Source of the DNA: Myxococcales bacterium
Lineage (GTDB): Bacteria; Myxococcota_A; Polyangia; Nannocystales; Nannocystaceae
Direction: 5' to 3'
DNA: 64,000 nt
Assembly (NCBI GenBank): GCA_020633295.1
Contig: JACKDW010000001.1
Span: 1,213,828-1,277,827, forward strand
Shown here: positions 29,425 through 39,399 of the stretch, in pieces
Numbering within the stretch: position 1 is the stretch's first letter
Layout: each line of letters starts with the position of its first letter
Position numbers and translations under genes: made by a program
The notes under the pieces: generated by a model
Seen by the model: only the letters and a program-made list of their open reading frames with translations
Databases searched by the model: none
What the model was told of the DNA's origin: nothing

Positions 29425-29449
29425 CGCGGAGCGCCATGACGCCGCGCGC

Positions 29450-29486
29450 GGCCCCAGGGGTTCCCCTCTGGGGCCGTTCGTAATTC
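29450..29486 (+). terminator. Candidate intrinsic terminator after etfA
   Basis: ggccccagggg tt cccctctggggcc hairpin (29450-29475) followed by gttcgtaattct. Confidence 0.35.
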
Positions 29487-29518
29487 TCCCCCTCCCCGTT
29501 CGATGGTATGGCCCACGC

Positions 29519-30775
29519 GTGTTCTCTCGTCGGACGTCGTGGGACTCGACCCCCGGCGCGCTCGCGCAGGCGATCGCGCGCGCGCGCGCGGACGACACGG
29601 GCGCGCCGCTGCTGGACCTCACCTGCTCGAACCCGACCGCGGTCGGCCTCCACCCCGATCCGAACGAGATCCGCGCGGCGCTCGACCGCGCCTACGACCC
29701 CCGCTACACGCCGGACCCGCTCGGCAGCCTGCGCGCGCGCGAGGCCGTGCTCGACTACTACCGGCGCCGGCACGCGCTCACGCCTGACCTGACGCCCGCG
29801 CGCGTCTGCCTGTGCGCCGGCACGAGCGAGGCCTACGCCAACCTCCTGGCCGTCCTGTGTGACCCCGGGGACGTCGTGCTCGTGCCGCGCCCGGGCTACC
29901 CGCTGCTCGCGTACCTCGCCGATCTCCAGGGCGTCACGCTCGCCCCCTACGCGATCGAGCTCGAGCACGGCGCCTGGCGACTCGACCTCGAAAGCGTCCG
30001 CGAGCAGCTCGCGCGCCCGCGCGAGCGCGCCCGCGTCCGCGCCGTCATCGTCGTCGCGCCCAACAACCCGACCGGCAACTACGTCGACGACCTCGAGCTC
30101 GCCGCGCTCGAGCGACTGTGCCACGAGCGCGAGCTGGCGCTGATCATCGACGAGGTGTTCCACGACTACCCGCTCGACCCCATCGCCGCGCGTCGCGGCT
30201 GCGCGCTCGCGGGCGCGCGCCGCTGCCTGTGCTTCACGCTCTCCGGGCTCTCCAAGGTCGCCGCGCTGCCCCAGCTCAAGCTGTCCTGGCTCGTCGCCCA
30301 CGGCCCGCCCGAGCTGGCGACGGCGGCCATGGGCCGCCTCGAGCTGATCGCCGACAGCTTCTTGAGCGTCGCGAGCCCGGTCCAGCGCGCGCTGCCGGAG
30401 CTGCTGGAGCGCGCTCCCGCGACGCAGGCCCGCGTGCTCGCGCGCACGCGAGACAACCACGCGCACCTGCGCACGTGCTGTCGCCTGGCCGAGAGCGCCG
30501 TGACGCCGCTCGCGGTCGAGGGCGGCTGGACCGCGCTCGTCCGCCTGCCGGCGATCGGGGGGCTCGACGACGCGGGCTGGGTGCTCGATCTGCTGGAGCA
30601 CGCCCGCGTCCTCACGCAGCCCGGGTATCTCTACGATCTCGACGATGGCGGCGGCGCGCGCCCCATGCTCGCGCTCTCGCTGCTGAGTGAACCCAGGCAA
30701 TTCCGCGACGGCCTCACGCGCCTGCTCGCGCGCGTCGCCGCACGCGTCGCCGCAGTGGTAGCCTCGGGCCCATGA
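29519..30775 (+). CDS. Pyridoxal-phosphate-dependent aminotransferase (class I/II fold)
   Basis: GTG 29519. VIVVAPNNPTGNYV and the PLP-lysine region FTLSGLSKVAALPQLKLSW. Confidence 0.8.
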   Translation: MFSRRTSWDSTPGALAQAIARARADDTGAPLLDLTCSNPTAVGLHPDPNEIRAALDRAYDPRYTPDPLGSLRAREAVLDYYRRRHALTPDLTPARVCLCAGTSEAYANLLAVLCDPGDVVLVPRPGYPLLAYLADLQGVTLAPYAIELEHGAWRLDLESVREQLARPRERARVRAVIVVAPNNPTGNYVDDLELAALERLCHERELALIIDEVFHDYPLDPIAARRGCALAGARRCLCFTLSGLSKVAALPQLKLSWLVAHGPPELATAAMGRLELIADSFLSVASPVQRALPELLERAPATQARVLARTRDNHAHLRTCCRLAESAVTPLAVEGGWTALVRLPAIGGLDDAGWVLDLLEHARVLTQPGYLYDLDDGGGARPMLALSLLSEPRQFRDGLTRLLARVAARVAAVVASGP

Positions 30776-31440
30776 GCGACACCCGCCCGCGCGGCATGAC
30801 CCTGCTCAACGACGCGCTCACCGACTACATCGAGGCCCACGCGCTGCCCGAGTCCGAGCTGTTCGCGCGCATGCGTGAAGAGACCTATCGCGACCTCGAC
30901 TCGCCGCAGATGCAAGTCGGCCGCGTCGAGGGCTCGCTCCTGCGCCTGCTCGTGCAGATCAGCGGCGCCCGGCGGGTGCTCGAGATCGGCACCTTCAGCG
31001 GCTACTCCGGGCTCTCGATGGCGATGGCGCTCCCCGACGACGGGCGCGTGATCACCTGCGACGTCGACCCGGTCGCCACGTCGGTGGCGCGCCGCTACTT
31101 CGACGAGAGCGGACACGGGCACAAGATCGAGATCAAGCTCGGGCCCGCGCTCGAGACCATCGCCGCGCTCGCCGAGCAGGGGGCGCGCTTTGACCTCGTG
31201 TTCATCGACGCGGACAAGACCAACTACAGCGAGTACTTCGACGCGGTGCTCCCGCTGCTGCCGATCGGCGGCCTGATCCTCGCCGACAACACGCTGTGGA
31301 GCGGCAAGGTCATCGACCCGCAGGCCGACTCCGACCACGCGCTCGTCGCCTACAACAAGAAGGTCCGCGACGACCCGCGCGTCGAGCAGGTGCTGCTCTC
31401 GGTCCGCGACGGCGTCATGCTCGCGCGCAAGATCGCGTGA
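30772..31440 (+). CDS. Class I SAM-dependent O-methyltransferase (caffeoyl-CoA O-methyltransferase-like)
   Basis: ATG 30772 overlapping the upstream stop (ATGA). SAM-binding VLEIGTFSGYSGLSMA and DLVFIDADKTNY. Confidence 0.85.
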   Translation: MSDTRPRGMTLLNDALTDYIEAHALPESELFARMREETYRDLDSPQMQVGRVEGSLLRLLVQISGARRVLEIGTFSGYSGLSMAMALPDDGRVITCDVDPVATSVARRYFDESGHGHKIEIKLGPALETIAALAEQGARFDLVFIDADKTNYSEYFDAVLPLLPIGGLILADNTLWSGKVIDPQADSDHALVAYNKKVRDDPRVEQVLLSVRDGVMLARKIA

Positions 31441-31687
31441 TATGGGGCATCAGCGTCGCCCGCGCGGCTCGCCGGCCCGCGCTGGCGCGTCGTCGCTTCG
31501 GCATCGTCGAGCCGCGCGCGTTGACAATTTGTCACGCGCGCGGGCACGGACGCGCCAGCCTGCGGCGGAGATCATGCGCTACGCCGGTTTCGCCTTTGAG
31601 TTTGTACGCGCCCCTTGTGGCACCCTGGTTGCATTGGGCATAAACCGTACAGACCGGCGCGTGCCTGCGCGCGTGGGATCGAGCAGC

Positions 31688-33733
31688 ATGCGTCGCGCGC
31701 GACAGCCGAACCAAATCCCCCCCTACCTCGTGGCCGCCGCGGTCGCGGGCCTGATCGGGCTCGTGACCCCGGCGGCGCACGCGGATCCAGGTCAGACCTC
31801 GGTCATCCCGACCGCCGACAACTTCACGATCCGCTACCGGCTGATCGACAAGGACGACAACAACGCGCGCATCCGGCAGATGGACAGCCGGGACATGCGT
31901 CAGTTCTTCAACCAGGCGCGCTGCGTGTGCGGCGAGCTGGTCGAGGCCGAGATCCTGCTGCAGAAGAGCCAGGGCGAGGCCTACGACAACGCGCAGATCT
32001 CGTCCTACGTCGGCACCAACTGCGACACCGCCGAGGCCATGCAGTTCGGCCAGTTCCGGGCCTGCGGCAAGTTCAACTCGGCGAACACCTCGACGTGGTT
32101 GACGAGCTACTTCGCCCGCTTCGCGCCCGTCTGGCTCGTCAACGGCGTCGACCCGAGCAGCGGCGACGACCGCAACCCCAGCACCGCGATCCCCTTCGGC
32201 ACCTGCGGCTCGAGCGAGGGTCAGGGCGGCATCTGGATGTGCGCCGAGAGCAACGGCTCGGCCAACTGCCAGTCCGAAGAGTTCATCATCACCGGCGCGA
32301 CCAACATCAACACGCAGAACACCGAGTCGCCGCAGGGCATCAGCTACGACTTTCGCCCGCCGACGACCGCGCCTGACGAGAGCACGTTCCGCTTCGAGGT
32401 CGGAGACGGCGCCGTGCAGATCAGCTGGTCGCTGCTGACGCCGGGCGACATCAACGGCTACCGGATCCTGTGCGCCGAGTCGGACACCGGCGCGCCGGCG
32501 CTCGCCGACAGCCCGGTCAAGACCCGCGACGAGCTGCGCTTCATTCGCCCCGACGGCACCAACTACTACACGCCCGGCAACCTGTGCCCGTCGGACGTGC
32601 CGGTGTGCGGCAACGGGGTGCTCGAGGGCACCGAGGAGTGCGACGACGGCGACGCCAACAACAACAGCGCCGCCTGCACCTCGCTGTGCACCGTCGCCTA
32701 CTGCGGCGACGGCTTCGTCGAGGCGGGCGCCGAGCAGTGTGACGGCGGCTACGACTCGAACAACCCCGACGGCGCCCTGGTCACCGAGACATGTGACGCG
32801 GCCTGCGCGACCATCAACCGCTGCGGGAACGGGATCATCGACGACGGCGAGGCCTGCGACGACGGCGACCTCAACGGCACCAACATGAGCGAGTGCACCG
32901 CGTTCTGCTCCTCGCCGCTGTGCGGCGGCGGCGGGACCACGACGGGCACCGACACGGACACCGGCACGGACACAGACACGGGCACCACCGGCGACACGGA
33001 CACCGGCACCACCGGCAACCCGCTGATGCCGGGCGCGACCACGGGCGGCACCGGCGACGCCATCCCCTACGAGTGCGACCCCGACGTCGACGCCGACTGC
33101 CTGCCGACCTGCCTGCTCAACGTGTGCGGCGACGGCTTCGTCGGCGGCGACGAGGAGTGCGACGACGGCAACACGCTCAGCGACGACGACTGCATCACCA
33201 TCGATCTCGCGGAGACCGACGAGAGCGCGCAGCGCAAGTGCGTCGCCAACGTGTGCGGCGACGGCTTCCTCGGGCCCACCGAGTCGTGTGATGACGGCGC
33301 GGACAACAGCTTCACCGGCGCCTGCACCCCCGAGTGCCGGGCCAACGACGTGCTCTCCCTGCCGAGCGGCGGCATCGAGAGCCTCGACTGGTCCTACGTC
33401 TGCTCCGAGCACCTGGCCAACACGACCACGAGCCACCGCGTCTCCGGGCTCGACAACAGCAAGACCTACGACATCATGGTGGTCGCCTACGACCTGTTCG
33501 GGAACCCGCTGCCGGTCGCCTACCGCAAGGGCATCACGCCGCGCGAGACCCTCGACTGGTGGGAGCTGTGCGAGCAAGACGGCACCTGCGGGGCCTCCGG
33601 CTTCTGTAACATCAGCGACCGCGTGGAGGGTCGCGAGGGGCGCGGGCGCACCGGGCTCGGCCTGCTCGGCCTGCTCGGCCTGTTCAGTCTGCTCGGCGTG
33701 ACCACGCGGATCCGTCGCCGGAGGACCACGTGA
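31688..33733 (+). CDS. Secreted protein with Myxococcus-type cysteine-rich repeats and a MYXO-CTERM-like sorting tail
   Basis: ATG 31688. Signal peptide ...AAHA|DPG. Repeated CGNGxxExxEECDDG / CGDGFV modules. C-terminus GASGFCNIS...GLGLLGLLGLFSLLGVTTRIRRRRTT (Gly/Cys motif, hydrophobic segment, Arg cluster). Also a Gly/Thr/Asp linker (TGTDTDTGTDTDTGTTGDTDTGTTG). Confidence 0.8.
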   Translation: MRRARQPNQIPPYLVAAAVAGLIGLVTPAAHADPGQTSVIPTADNFTIRYRLIDKDDNNARIRQMDSRDMRQFFNQARCVCGELVEAEILLQKSQGEAYDNAQISSYVGTNCDTAEAMQFGQFRACGKFNSANTSTWLTSYFARFAPVWLVNGVDPSSGDDRNPSTAIPFGTCGSSEGQGGIWMCAESNGSANCQSEEFIITGATNINTQNTESPQGISYDFRPPTTAPDESTFRFEVGDGAVQISWSLLTPGDINGYRILCAESDTGAPALADSPVKTRDELRFIRPDGTNYYTPGNLCPSDVPVCGNGVLEGTEECDDGDANNNSAACTSLCTVAYCGDGFVEAGAEQCDGGYDSNNPDGALVTETCDAACATINRCGNGIIDDGEACDDGDLNGTNMSECTAFCSSPLCGGGGTTTGTDTDTGTDTDTGTTGDTDTGTTGNPLMPGATTGGTGDAIPYECDPDVDADCLPTCLLNVCGDGFVGGDEECDDGNTLSDDDCITIDLAETDESAQRKCVANVCGDGFLGPTESCDDGADNSFTGACTPECRANDVLSLPSGGIESLDWSYVCSEHLANTTTSHRVSGLDNSKTYDIMVVAYDLFGNPLPVAYRKGITPRETLDWWELCEQDGTCGASGFCNISDRVEGREGRGRTGLGLLGLLGLFSLLGVTTRIRRRRTT

Positions 33734-34848
33734 TCGTCGGCGCGCTCGTCCACGTCAGCGCGATCGCCCCGCTCGCGCTCACGCTCGCGCAGGAGCCCGC
33801 TCCAGCGGACGCGCCCGCCGAGGACGCGGTCGTCGAGGAGCCGGCCACCGCGCCCGCCACCGTCGACCCGGAGCAGCGCGTGCGCGTCGTGCCGGACGGC
33901 CCGGATCCCTGGGCGCCCGACCCGCCGCCGGACCCCGACGCGCCGCCCGCCGTGCCCACCCAGGAGGCCGCCGAGCGCCAGACCCGTCCGCCCGAGGTCG
34001 GCGAGGTGCTCGCCGACGAGGCGCCCGCCAACAACCGCGAGGCTCGCAAGGACGAGCGCAAGCGCAAGCGCGAGCAGAAGTCGGGCTACGCCAAGTACGA
34101 GTCGCCGCAGCGCTTCGCGGTCGAGCTCAAGTTCGGCCCCTACCTGCCGAACATCGACCGCAACTACACGGGCAACCGGCAGTTCGGCTCGTACGACCTG
34201 ATCTTCGGGAAGACCGACGCGATCGGCAACACCGTCGACTCGCCGAGCAAGGCCTTCATGTTCGGCCTCGGCTTCGAGTGGCAGTTCTTCAACCCCGGCC
34301 GCATCGGCCCGCTCGGCCTCGGCTTCACCTTCAGCTTCTTCCGCGACCGCGCCAACGCCATCTACAAGGATTATCAGGCGATCTACGCGGAGAGCGGCAC
34401 CGTCACCAAGGACGACCTGCTCCCCGGCGACACCTCGATCCGCAGCACCGCCGACTCCATCGTGTTCAACGGCATCCCGCTCGCGCTGCAGCTCGTGTTC
34501 CGCTTCGAGCTGCTCGCCGATCGCCTGCGCGTGCCGATCGTGCCCTACGCCAAGGGCGGCGTCGCCTACGCGTTCTGGTGGTCGAAGGGCTCCGACGGCG
34601 AGATCTCGGTGAACGCGACGGGGCAGCCCGCGCGCGGCGGCTCGTGGGGCTACCAGATCAACGCCGGCGGCATGCTGCGGCTCGACTTCCTCGAGGGCGA
34701 GAGCCACACGCTCGATCGCCAGCTCGGCATCAACCACACGTACCTGTTCGGCGAGTTCCAGTTCTCGCAGATCGACAACTTCGGTCAGGCTGACGCGGTG
34801 TCCATGGGCGACACGACCTTCTTCGTCGGCCTGGCGATGGAGTTCTGA
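33730..34848 (+). CDS. Predicted outer-membrane beta-barrel protein with a Pro/Ala/Glu-rich N-terminal region
   Basis: GTG 33730 overlapping the upstream stop (GTGA). Alternating aromatic/hydrophilic strands and C-terminal ...FFVGLAMEF (terminal Phe). Confidence 0.6.
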   Translation: MIVGALVHVSAIAPLALTLAQEPAPADAPAEDAVVEEPATAPATVDPEQRVRVVPDGPDPWAPDPPPDPDAPPAVPTQEAAERQTRPPEVGEVLADEAPANNREARKDERKRKREQKSGYAKYESPQRFAVELKFGPYLPNIDRNYTGNRQFGSYDLIFGKTDAIGNTVDSPSKAFMFGLGFEWQFFNPGRIGPLGLGFTFSFFRDRANAIYKDYQAIYAESGTVTKDDLLPGDTSIRSTADSIVFNGIPLALQLVFRFELLADRLRVPIVPYAKGGVAYAFWWSKGSDGEISVNATGQPARGGSWGYQINAGGMLRLDFLEGESHTLDRQLGINHTYLFGEFQFSQIDNFGQADAVSMGDTTFFVGLAMEF

Positions 34849-34875
34849 TCGCGCGCCCCGGAGGCGGGGCGCGGG

Positions 34876-35562
34876 TCAAGGACGCCCGCTCGCGCCGCGT
34901 CGCGCGAGCACCACGGACACGCCGAGCATCGCCTCGAGGTGGTGCGCCGGGCCGGCGAGCCCCGGCGCGATCGTGTCGCGCAGCTCAGCGCGCAGCGCCA
35001 GCGACTCGGTGGCGTAGAGCGTGAGCCCGCAGCCGAGGTGCGCGCCGCTGGCGACCGCCGCGCCGACCCCGGGGCCCGAACTCGACAGGAGCGCCACGCC
35101 CGCGAGCAGCACCGGCGACAGGCGCAGCGGGAGCTGGAGCCGCAGCGCCGCGCGGGTCGAGTACGCCATCGTGTGCAGCCGCAGCGCCGCGGTCTGCGTC
35201 GGGATCACGCCCGCGCCGAGCTCGATCGCGACCGCGCGCAGCGGCGCGTACGAGCCCTGAACGCCGATCGTCGCGGACGCGGCGACCAGCGGCGCGGGCG
35301 CGTAGTCGCGGCTGACGAGCGCGTGATCCTGGGGCGGCAGGAACGCGCCGAACCAGACGCCGAGCTCGAGCTGGTGACAGTCGGGCCGGTGACGCGCGAA
35401 CCACCCGCGCACACGACCTGAATCCTCCAGCCAATTGCGACACAGCGTACCGGCTGTTCGTCCGGCGGCGAGCGTCTCGCTCGCGCTCGCGCTCTCGCGC
35501 TCGCGCGACGCGGGCGCAGGCTCGCTCGCGACGAGCGAGAACACCGTCAAGGTCCAGAGCAT
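34876..35562 (-). CDS. Hypothetical protein, possibly a secreted or outer-membrane beta-rich protein
   Basis: ATG (complement) at 35562 (MLWTLTVFSLVASEPAPA...). Balanced composition compared with the overlapping Arg-rich frames. Confidence 0.4.
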   Translation of the reverse strand: MLWTLTVFSLVASEPAPASRERESASASETLAAGRTAGTLCRNWLEDSGRVRGWFARHRPDCHQLELGVWFGAFLPPQDHALVSRDYAPAPLVAASATIGVQGSYAPLRAVAIELGAGVIPTQTAALRLHTMAYSTRAALRLQLPLRLSPVLLAGVALLSSSGPGVGAAVASGAHLGCGLTLYATESLALRAELRDTIAPGLAGPAHHLEAMLGVSVVLARRGASGRP

Positions 35563-35868
35563 GGAGATCACGCGGCGCTCGGCCGCCGCGAGGAACACTG
35601 TCAGCGACGGAGACGACAGCGCCGTCACGGTTTGAAGACATCGCGGAGACGTCGACTCGCGCGACGTCTCTGACTTGTCTCAAAAGACAGCTCGTGTTTG
35701 CGCCCGCGCGCTGTATCACGCGCGCGCGGTTGAAGTCGCGATCCCCGGCGCCGCTCGGGCACTCGCGCGCGCCTCGTGGAGCGGTCGCGACAACCACGCG
35801 AGACGTCGGCGTCGCCCGAGAACGCGCCGCGCCGCGTGCTAGGCTGTTCGCTTACCGTGGGTGACGGG

Positions 35869-37590
35869 ATGCACATGCGCCCCCTCCAATCCGGGAGGCG
35901 GGCGGCGGTCGAGCATGTTCAAGAGCTCGTCGATCCGCGCGTCGAGCCCCACGACGCCAACCAGCTCGAGCTCAAGCTCGGCTACGTCATCAAGCCCGGC
36001 GAGCGCCGCCAGCGCTACCTCATCGAGACCTACATGTTCATCCCCAAGACGCTGGGGATCGATCGACACAGCTACAACGCGAGCCGCTTCTACGCCGACA
36101 CCGCCGCGTTCCTGCGCCTGCGCACGCCCCACGTCTCGCTCGAGGCGCTGGCGACCGTCGGCAGGGCCAACGCGTGGTTCGAACAGCTGCACTCCGGGCT
36201 CGACGCGCGCGCGCGCATGCGTGAGCGCGACATCAGGCGACTCGCGCGGCGCGTGAAGATCCTCGGCTGCGTGTACCGCTCGGCGCTCCGCGACGACGCG
36301 CGCTCGCTCCGGCAGCAGCTCACGAGCGCGCCGGCGCCCGATCCCCTCGCCGAGGGCCGCATGCAGGAGACGACCGCGCGGCGGATCCGTCGCTTCGTCC
36401 GCAACATCGAGCGCGCGCTCCGGCGCCTGCGCGCCGTCGACGGGCGCTGCCTCGCGCGCGGCGACGGCGACCTGCTCTGCGACTCGTGGCGCGCGGTCGA
36501 CGAGTACAGCGCGCTGATCGCCGAGGACGTGTGCAAGGACGTCATCGTCGCGCTCGACGATCGGGCGTCGCGCTCGCCCGTCGTCCACCCCGACCTCCTC
36601 GACGCGCGCGCGCGGCTCGTGCGGGCCGCCGTCGACGCCCACCAGTATCGCCGCAGCCGCGGCTACCGCAGCCAGCTCATCGCCGGCGAGAGCAACGAGG
36701 AGCTGCCCCACTGGCGGCGGACGATCAAGCGCATCGTGTTCAGCGCGCTGTACCTCGACGTGCGCCACGAGGAGGTCGGGCGGCTCGCGTATGACCTCGT
36801 GGGCGCGGTCGCGGCGATGATCGCGATGGCGTTCGCCGTCACCGTCAGCCTGCTCGCGCAGCTCGAGCTCGACATCTTCAGCGGCGCCTTCGTCGCGATC
36901 ATGATCGTCTCCTACATGATCAAGGATCGGCTCAAGGACTGGGGCAAGCGCTACGGCGGCCGGCACCTCGGGCGGCTGCTCCCGGACACGCTCGTGCGCG
37001 TGCACGACAACGAGGGCGACCGCGCGCTCGGGCAGTGCCGCGAGTCCTTCTACATGCTGCAGGTCGACGAGGTCGACGACGAGATCAGGCGCTCACGGCA
37101 GTCGCGTCGCGCGAGCTCGATCGAGCGGCTCGGCAAGCCCGAGGTCGTCATCCGCTACTCCAAGGACGTGACGCTCCACTCGCAGCCGCTGCGCGACGAG
37201 CTCGCCGGCCTCGAGGGGCTGCACGACATCATCCGCTTCAACCTCGGGCACCTGCGCGACCGCATGGACGCGCCGCGCGAGGACCACCCGCTCATCGACC
37301 CGAACACGGGGGAGATCCAGATCATCCCCTGCGCGCGCGTCTATCACATCAACATCATCCTGCGCATGACCGTCGGGCGGGGCAAGCACGCGCGCAGCCG
37401 GGTCGAGCGCGTGCGCGTCGTCATGGACCAGCGCGGGATCAAGCGCGTCGAGTTCCTCGACCGCCACGGCAAGCAGCTGGTCTGCAACCACGAGGGCGGC
37501 GCGCCGTTCCAGGACATTACGAACCTCTCGCTCCCCGCGATCCCGCGCGCGCAGCTCGAGGACTCCGGCGCGGCCTCGGCGGCGCGCTGA
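35869..37590 (+). CDS. Hypothetical protein with two central transmembrane helices
   Basis: ATG 35869 (MHMRP...). Hydrophobic segments VGAVAAMIAMAFAVTVSLLAQL and FSGAFVAIMIVSYMI. No recognisable catalytic motif. Immediately upstream of the ACAD/ACP/PKS operon. Confidence 0.55.
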   Translation: MHMRPLQSGRRAAVEHVQELVDPRVEPHDANQLELKLGYVIKPGERRQRYLIETYMFIPKTLGIDRHSYNASRFYADTAAFLRLRTPHVSLEALATVGRANAWFEQLHSGLDARARMRERDIRRLARRVKILGCVYRSALRDDARSLRQQLTSAPAPDPLAEGRMQETTARRIRRFVRNIERALRRLRAVDGRCLARGDGDLLCDSWRAVDEYSALIAEDVCKDVIVALDDRASRSPVVHPDLLDARARLVRAAVDAHQYRRSRGYRSQLIAGESNEELPHWRRTIKRIVFSALYLDVRHEEVGRLAYDLVGAVAAMIAMAFAVTVSLLAQLELDIFSGAFVAIMIVSYMIKDRLKDWGKRYGGRHLGRLLPDTLVRVHDNEGDRALGQCRESFYMLQVDEVDDEIRRSRQSRRASSIERLGKPEVVIRYSKDVTLHSQPLRDELAGLEGLHDIIRFNLGHLRDRMDAPREDHPLIDPNTGEIQIIPCARVYHINIILRMTVGRGKHARSRVERVRVVMDQRGIKRVEFLDRHGKQLVCNHEGGAPFQDITNLSLPAIPRAQLEDSGAASAAR

Positions 37591-37774
37591 GCGAGCGCGG
37601 CGCTGGGCGCCGCGCCTTCGAGACATGTCCTTATGCGCAGAATCGCGGCGCGCGGCGCATGATCGACCCGTGCAGAAATTCTCCGCCCGCCGCAATTGAT
37701 CCCGGGGACGCGGAAACTGATCGAGTGAACGCGCCCTCGCCCACGCGGCGTGACGCGGCGCGACGAGGCGGATC

Positions 37775-38914
37775 ATGGACTTCAGCTGGACAGACGAGCA
37801 ATCGACGCTCCACGAGCAGGCGCTCGAGTTCGCGCGCGCCCGGCTGCGCGGGCGCGACGACGACGACGACCGCAGCTTCGCGCGCGCGACCTGGCGCGCC
37901 CTCGGCGACTTCGGGGCGCTCGGCGCCTGCCTGCCCCGCGCCCACGGCGGGCTCGGGCTCGACGCGCTGACCACCGCGCGCGTCGTCGAGGGGCTCGGTC
38001 ACGGCGCGCGCGAGCTCGGCCTCGTGTTCTCGGCCTGCGCCCACCTGCTCGCCTGCGCCGTCCCCGTCGCCGAGCACGGGAGCGCCCAGCTGCAGCGCGA
38101 GGTGCTGCCCGCGCTCGCCTCGGGCGAGCAGATCGGCGCCAACGCGATCACCGAGGCCGGCGCCGGCTCTGACGTGTTCTCGCTGCGGACCACGGCCCGC
38201 CGCGACGGCGACGACTACGTGCTCGACGGCGCGAAGAGCTACGTCACCAACGGCCCCGTCGCCGATCAGCTCCTCGTCTACGCCTCCACCAACCCCGCGC
38301 ACGGCTACCTGGGCATCAGCGCGTTCCTCGTCGACGCGCGCCAGGCCGGCGTCACGCGCGGCGAGCCGTTCCACAAGACCGGCCTCGGGAGCTCGCCGAT
38401 CTGCCCTGTGTACCTCCGAGACGTGCGCGTGCCCGGCTACCGCCGGCTCGGCGCCGAGGGCGGCGGCGCGGCGATCTTCCAGCGCTCGATGGCGTGGGAG
38501 CGCGCCTGCCTGTTCGCGGCCTTCGTCGGCGCGATGGCGCGTGACCTCGAGCTCTGCCTCGAGCACGCGCGCGGCCGCCAGCAGTTCCGCAAGCCGATCG
38601 GGCGCCACCAAGCGGTCGCGCACCGCCTCGCGGACATGAAGCTCCGCCTCGAGGGCGCGCGCCTGCTGCTGTACCGCGCGTGCTGGCGGCTCGACCGCGG
38701 CGAGCTCGCGGCGCTCGACATCAGCCTCGCCAAGCTCGCGGTCAGCGAGGCCGCGGTCCAGAGCGGGCTCGACGTCATCCGCCTCCACGGCGGCCTCGGC
38801 TACATGTCCGAGACCGGCCTCGACAACGGCCTGCGCGACGCGCTCGGCAGCCTGATCTTCTCGGGGACCTCCGAGATCCAGCGCGACCTGATCGCGCGCG
38901 GCCTCGGGCTCTAG
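37775..38914 (+). CDS. Acyl-CoA dehydrogenase family protein
   Basis: ATG 37775. ACAD N-terminal region FSWTDEQSTLHEQALEFAR, middle-domain ANAITEAGAGSDVFSLRTTARRDGDDYVLDGAKSYVTNGP, and C-terminal helical domain with QQFRKPIGRHQAVAHRLADM. Confidence 0.9.
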   Translation: MDFSWTDEQSTLHEQALEFARARLRGRDDDDDRSFARATWRALGDFGALGACLPRAHGGLGLDALTTARVVEGLGHGARELGLVFSACAHLLACAVPVAEHGSAQLQREVLPALASGEQIGANAITEAGAGSDVFSLRTTARRDGDDYVLDGAKSYVTNGPVADQLLVYASTNPAHGYLGISAFLVDARQAGVTRGEPFHKTGLGSSPICPVYLRDVRVPGYRRLGAEGGGAAIFQRSMAWERACLFAAFVGAMARDLELCLEHARGRQQFRKPIGRHQAVAHRLADMKLRLEGARLLLYRACWRLDRGELAALDISLAKLAVSEAAVQSGLDVIRLHGGLGYMSETGLDNGLRDALGSLIFSGTSEIQRDLIARGLGL

Positions 38915-38975
38915 CGCCCGCCCGACGCGCGACCCGACGCGCGCCCCCGATCGGCGCGCCGCGAGCTCCCGCGGC

Positions 38976-39000
38976 GCGCCGCGCCGCGCCGCGCCGCGCC
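38976..39000. repeat. (GCGCC)5 pentanucleotide simple-sequence repeat in the ACAD-ACP intergenic region
   Basis: Direct reading of 38976-39000. Confidence 0.85.
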
Positions 39001-39090
39001 GCCGACGGCGCGACGCGACGCGCCACGAATTTTCGTCACCGATCCGCCGCCGGATCGAACACGCACCCCTGACACACCGCTGAGTTCACG

Positions 39091-39399
39091 ATGCAAACCA
39101 TCAACCACACCCCCGCCCTCTCGTCCACGACCGCCGACCGCTTCCTCGAGCCGCTCTCGCGCTTCATCATCCGCGAGTTCCTCCACGGCGACGCGAGCCT
39201 CACGCCCGAGACCCCGCTGCTCGAGTGGGGCGTGATCGACTCGATGACCATCATCGACGTCATCGTGTTCATCTCGGAGCAGCTCGGCGTGCGCGTGCCC
39301 GACGAGGAGATCCGCCCCGACAACTTCGCCACGCTGCGCGCGCTGAGCCGCATGCTCGCCGCGCTCGACGACGCCGCGCGCGTCCGGGGGGCGGCGTGA
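39091..39399 (+). CDS. Acyl carrier protein (discrete)
   Basis: ATG 39091. Phosphopantetheine-attachment motif LEWGVIDSMTIIDVIVFISEQLGV (DS-M/L core). 102 aa. Confidence 0.8.
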   Translation: MQTINHTPALSSTTADRFLEPLSRFIIREFLHGDASLTPETPLLEWGVIDSMTIIDVIVFISEQLGVRVPDEEIRPDNFATLRALSRMLAALDDAARVRGAA

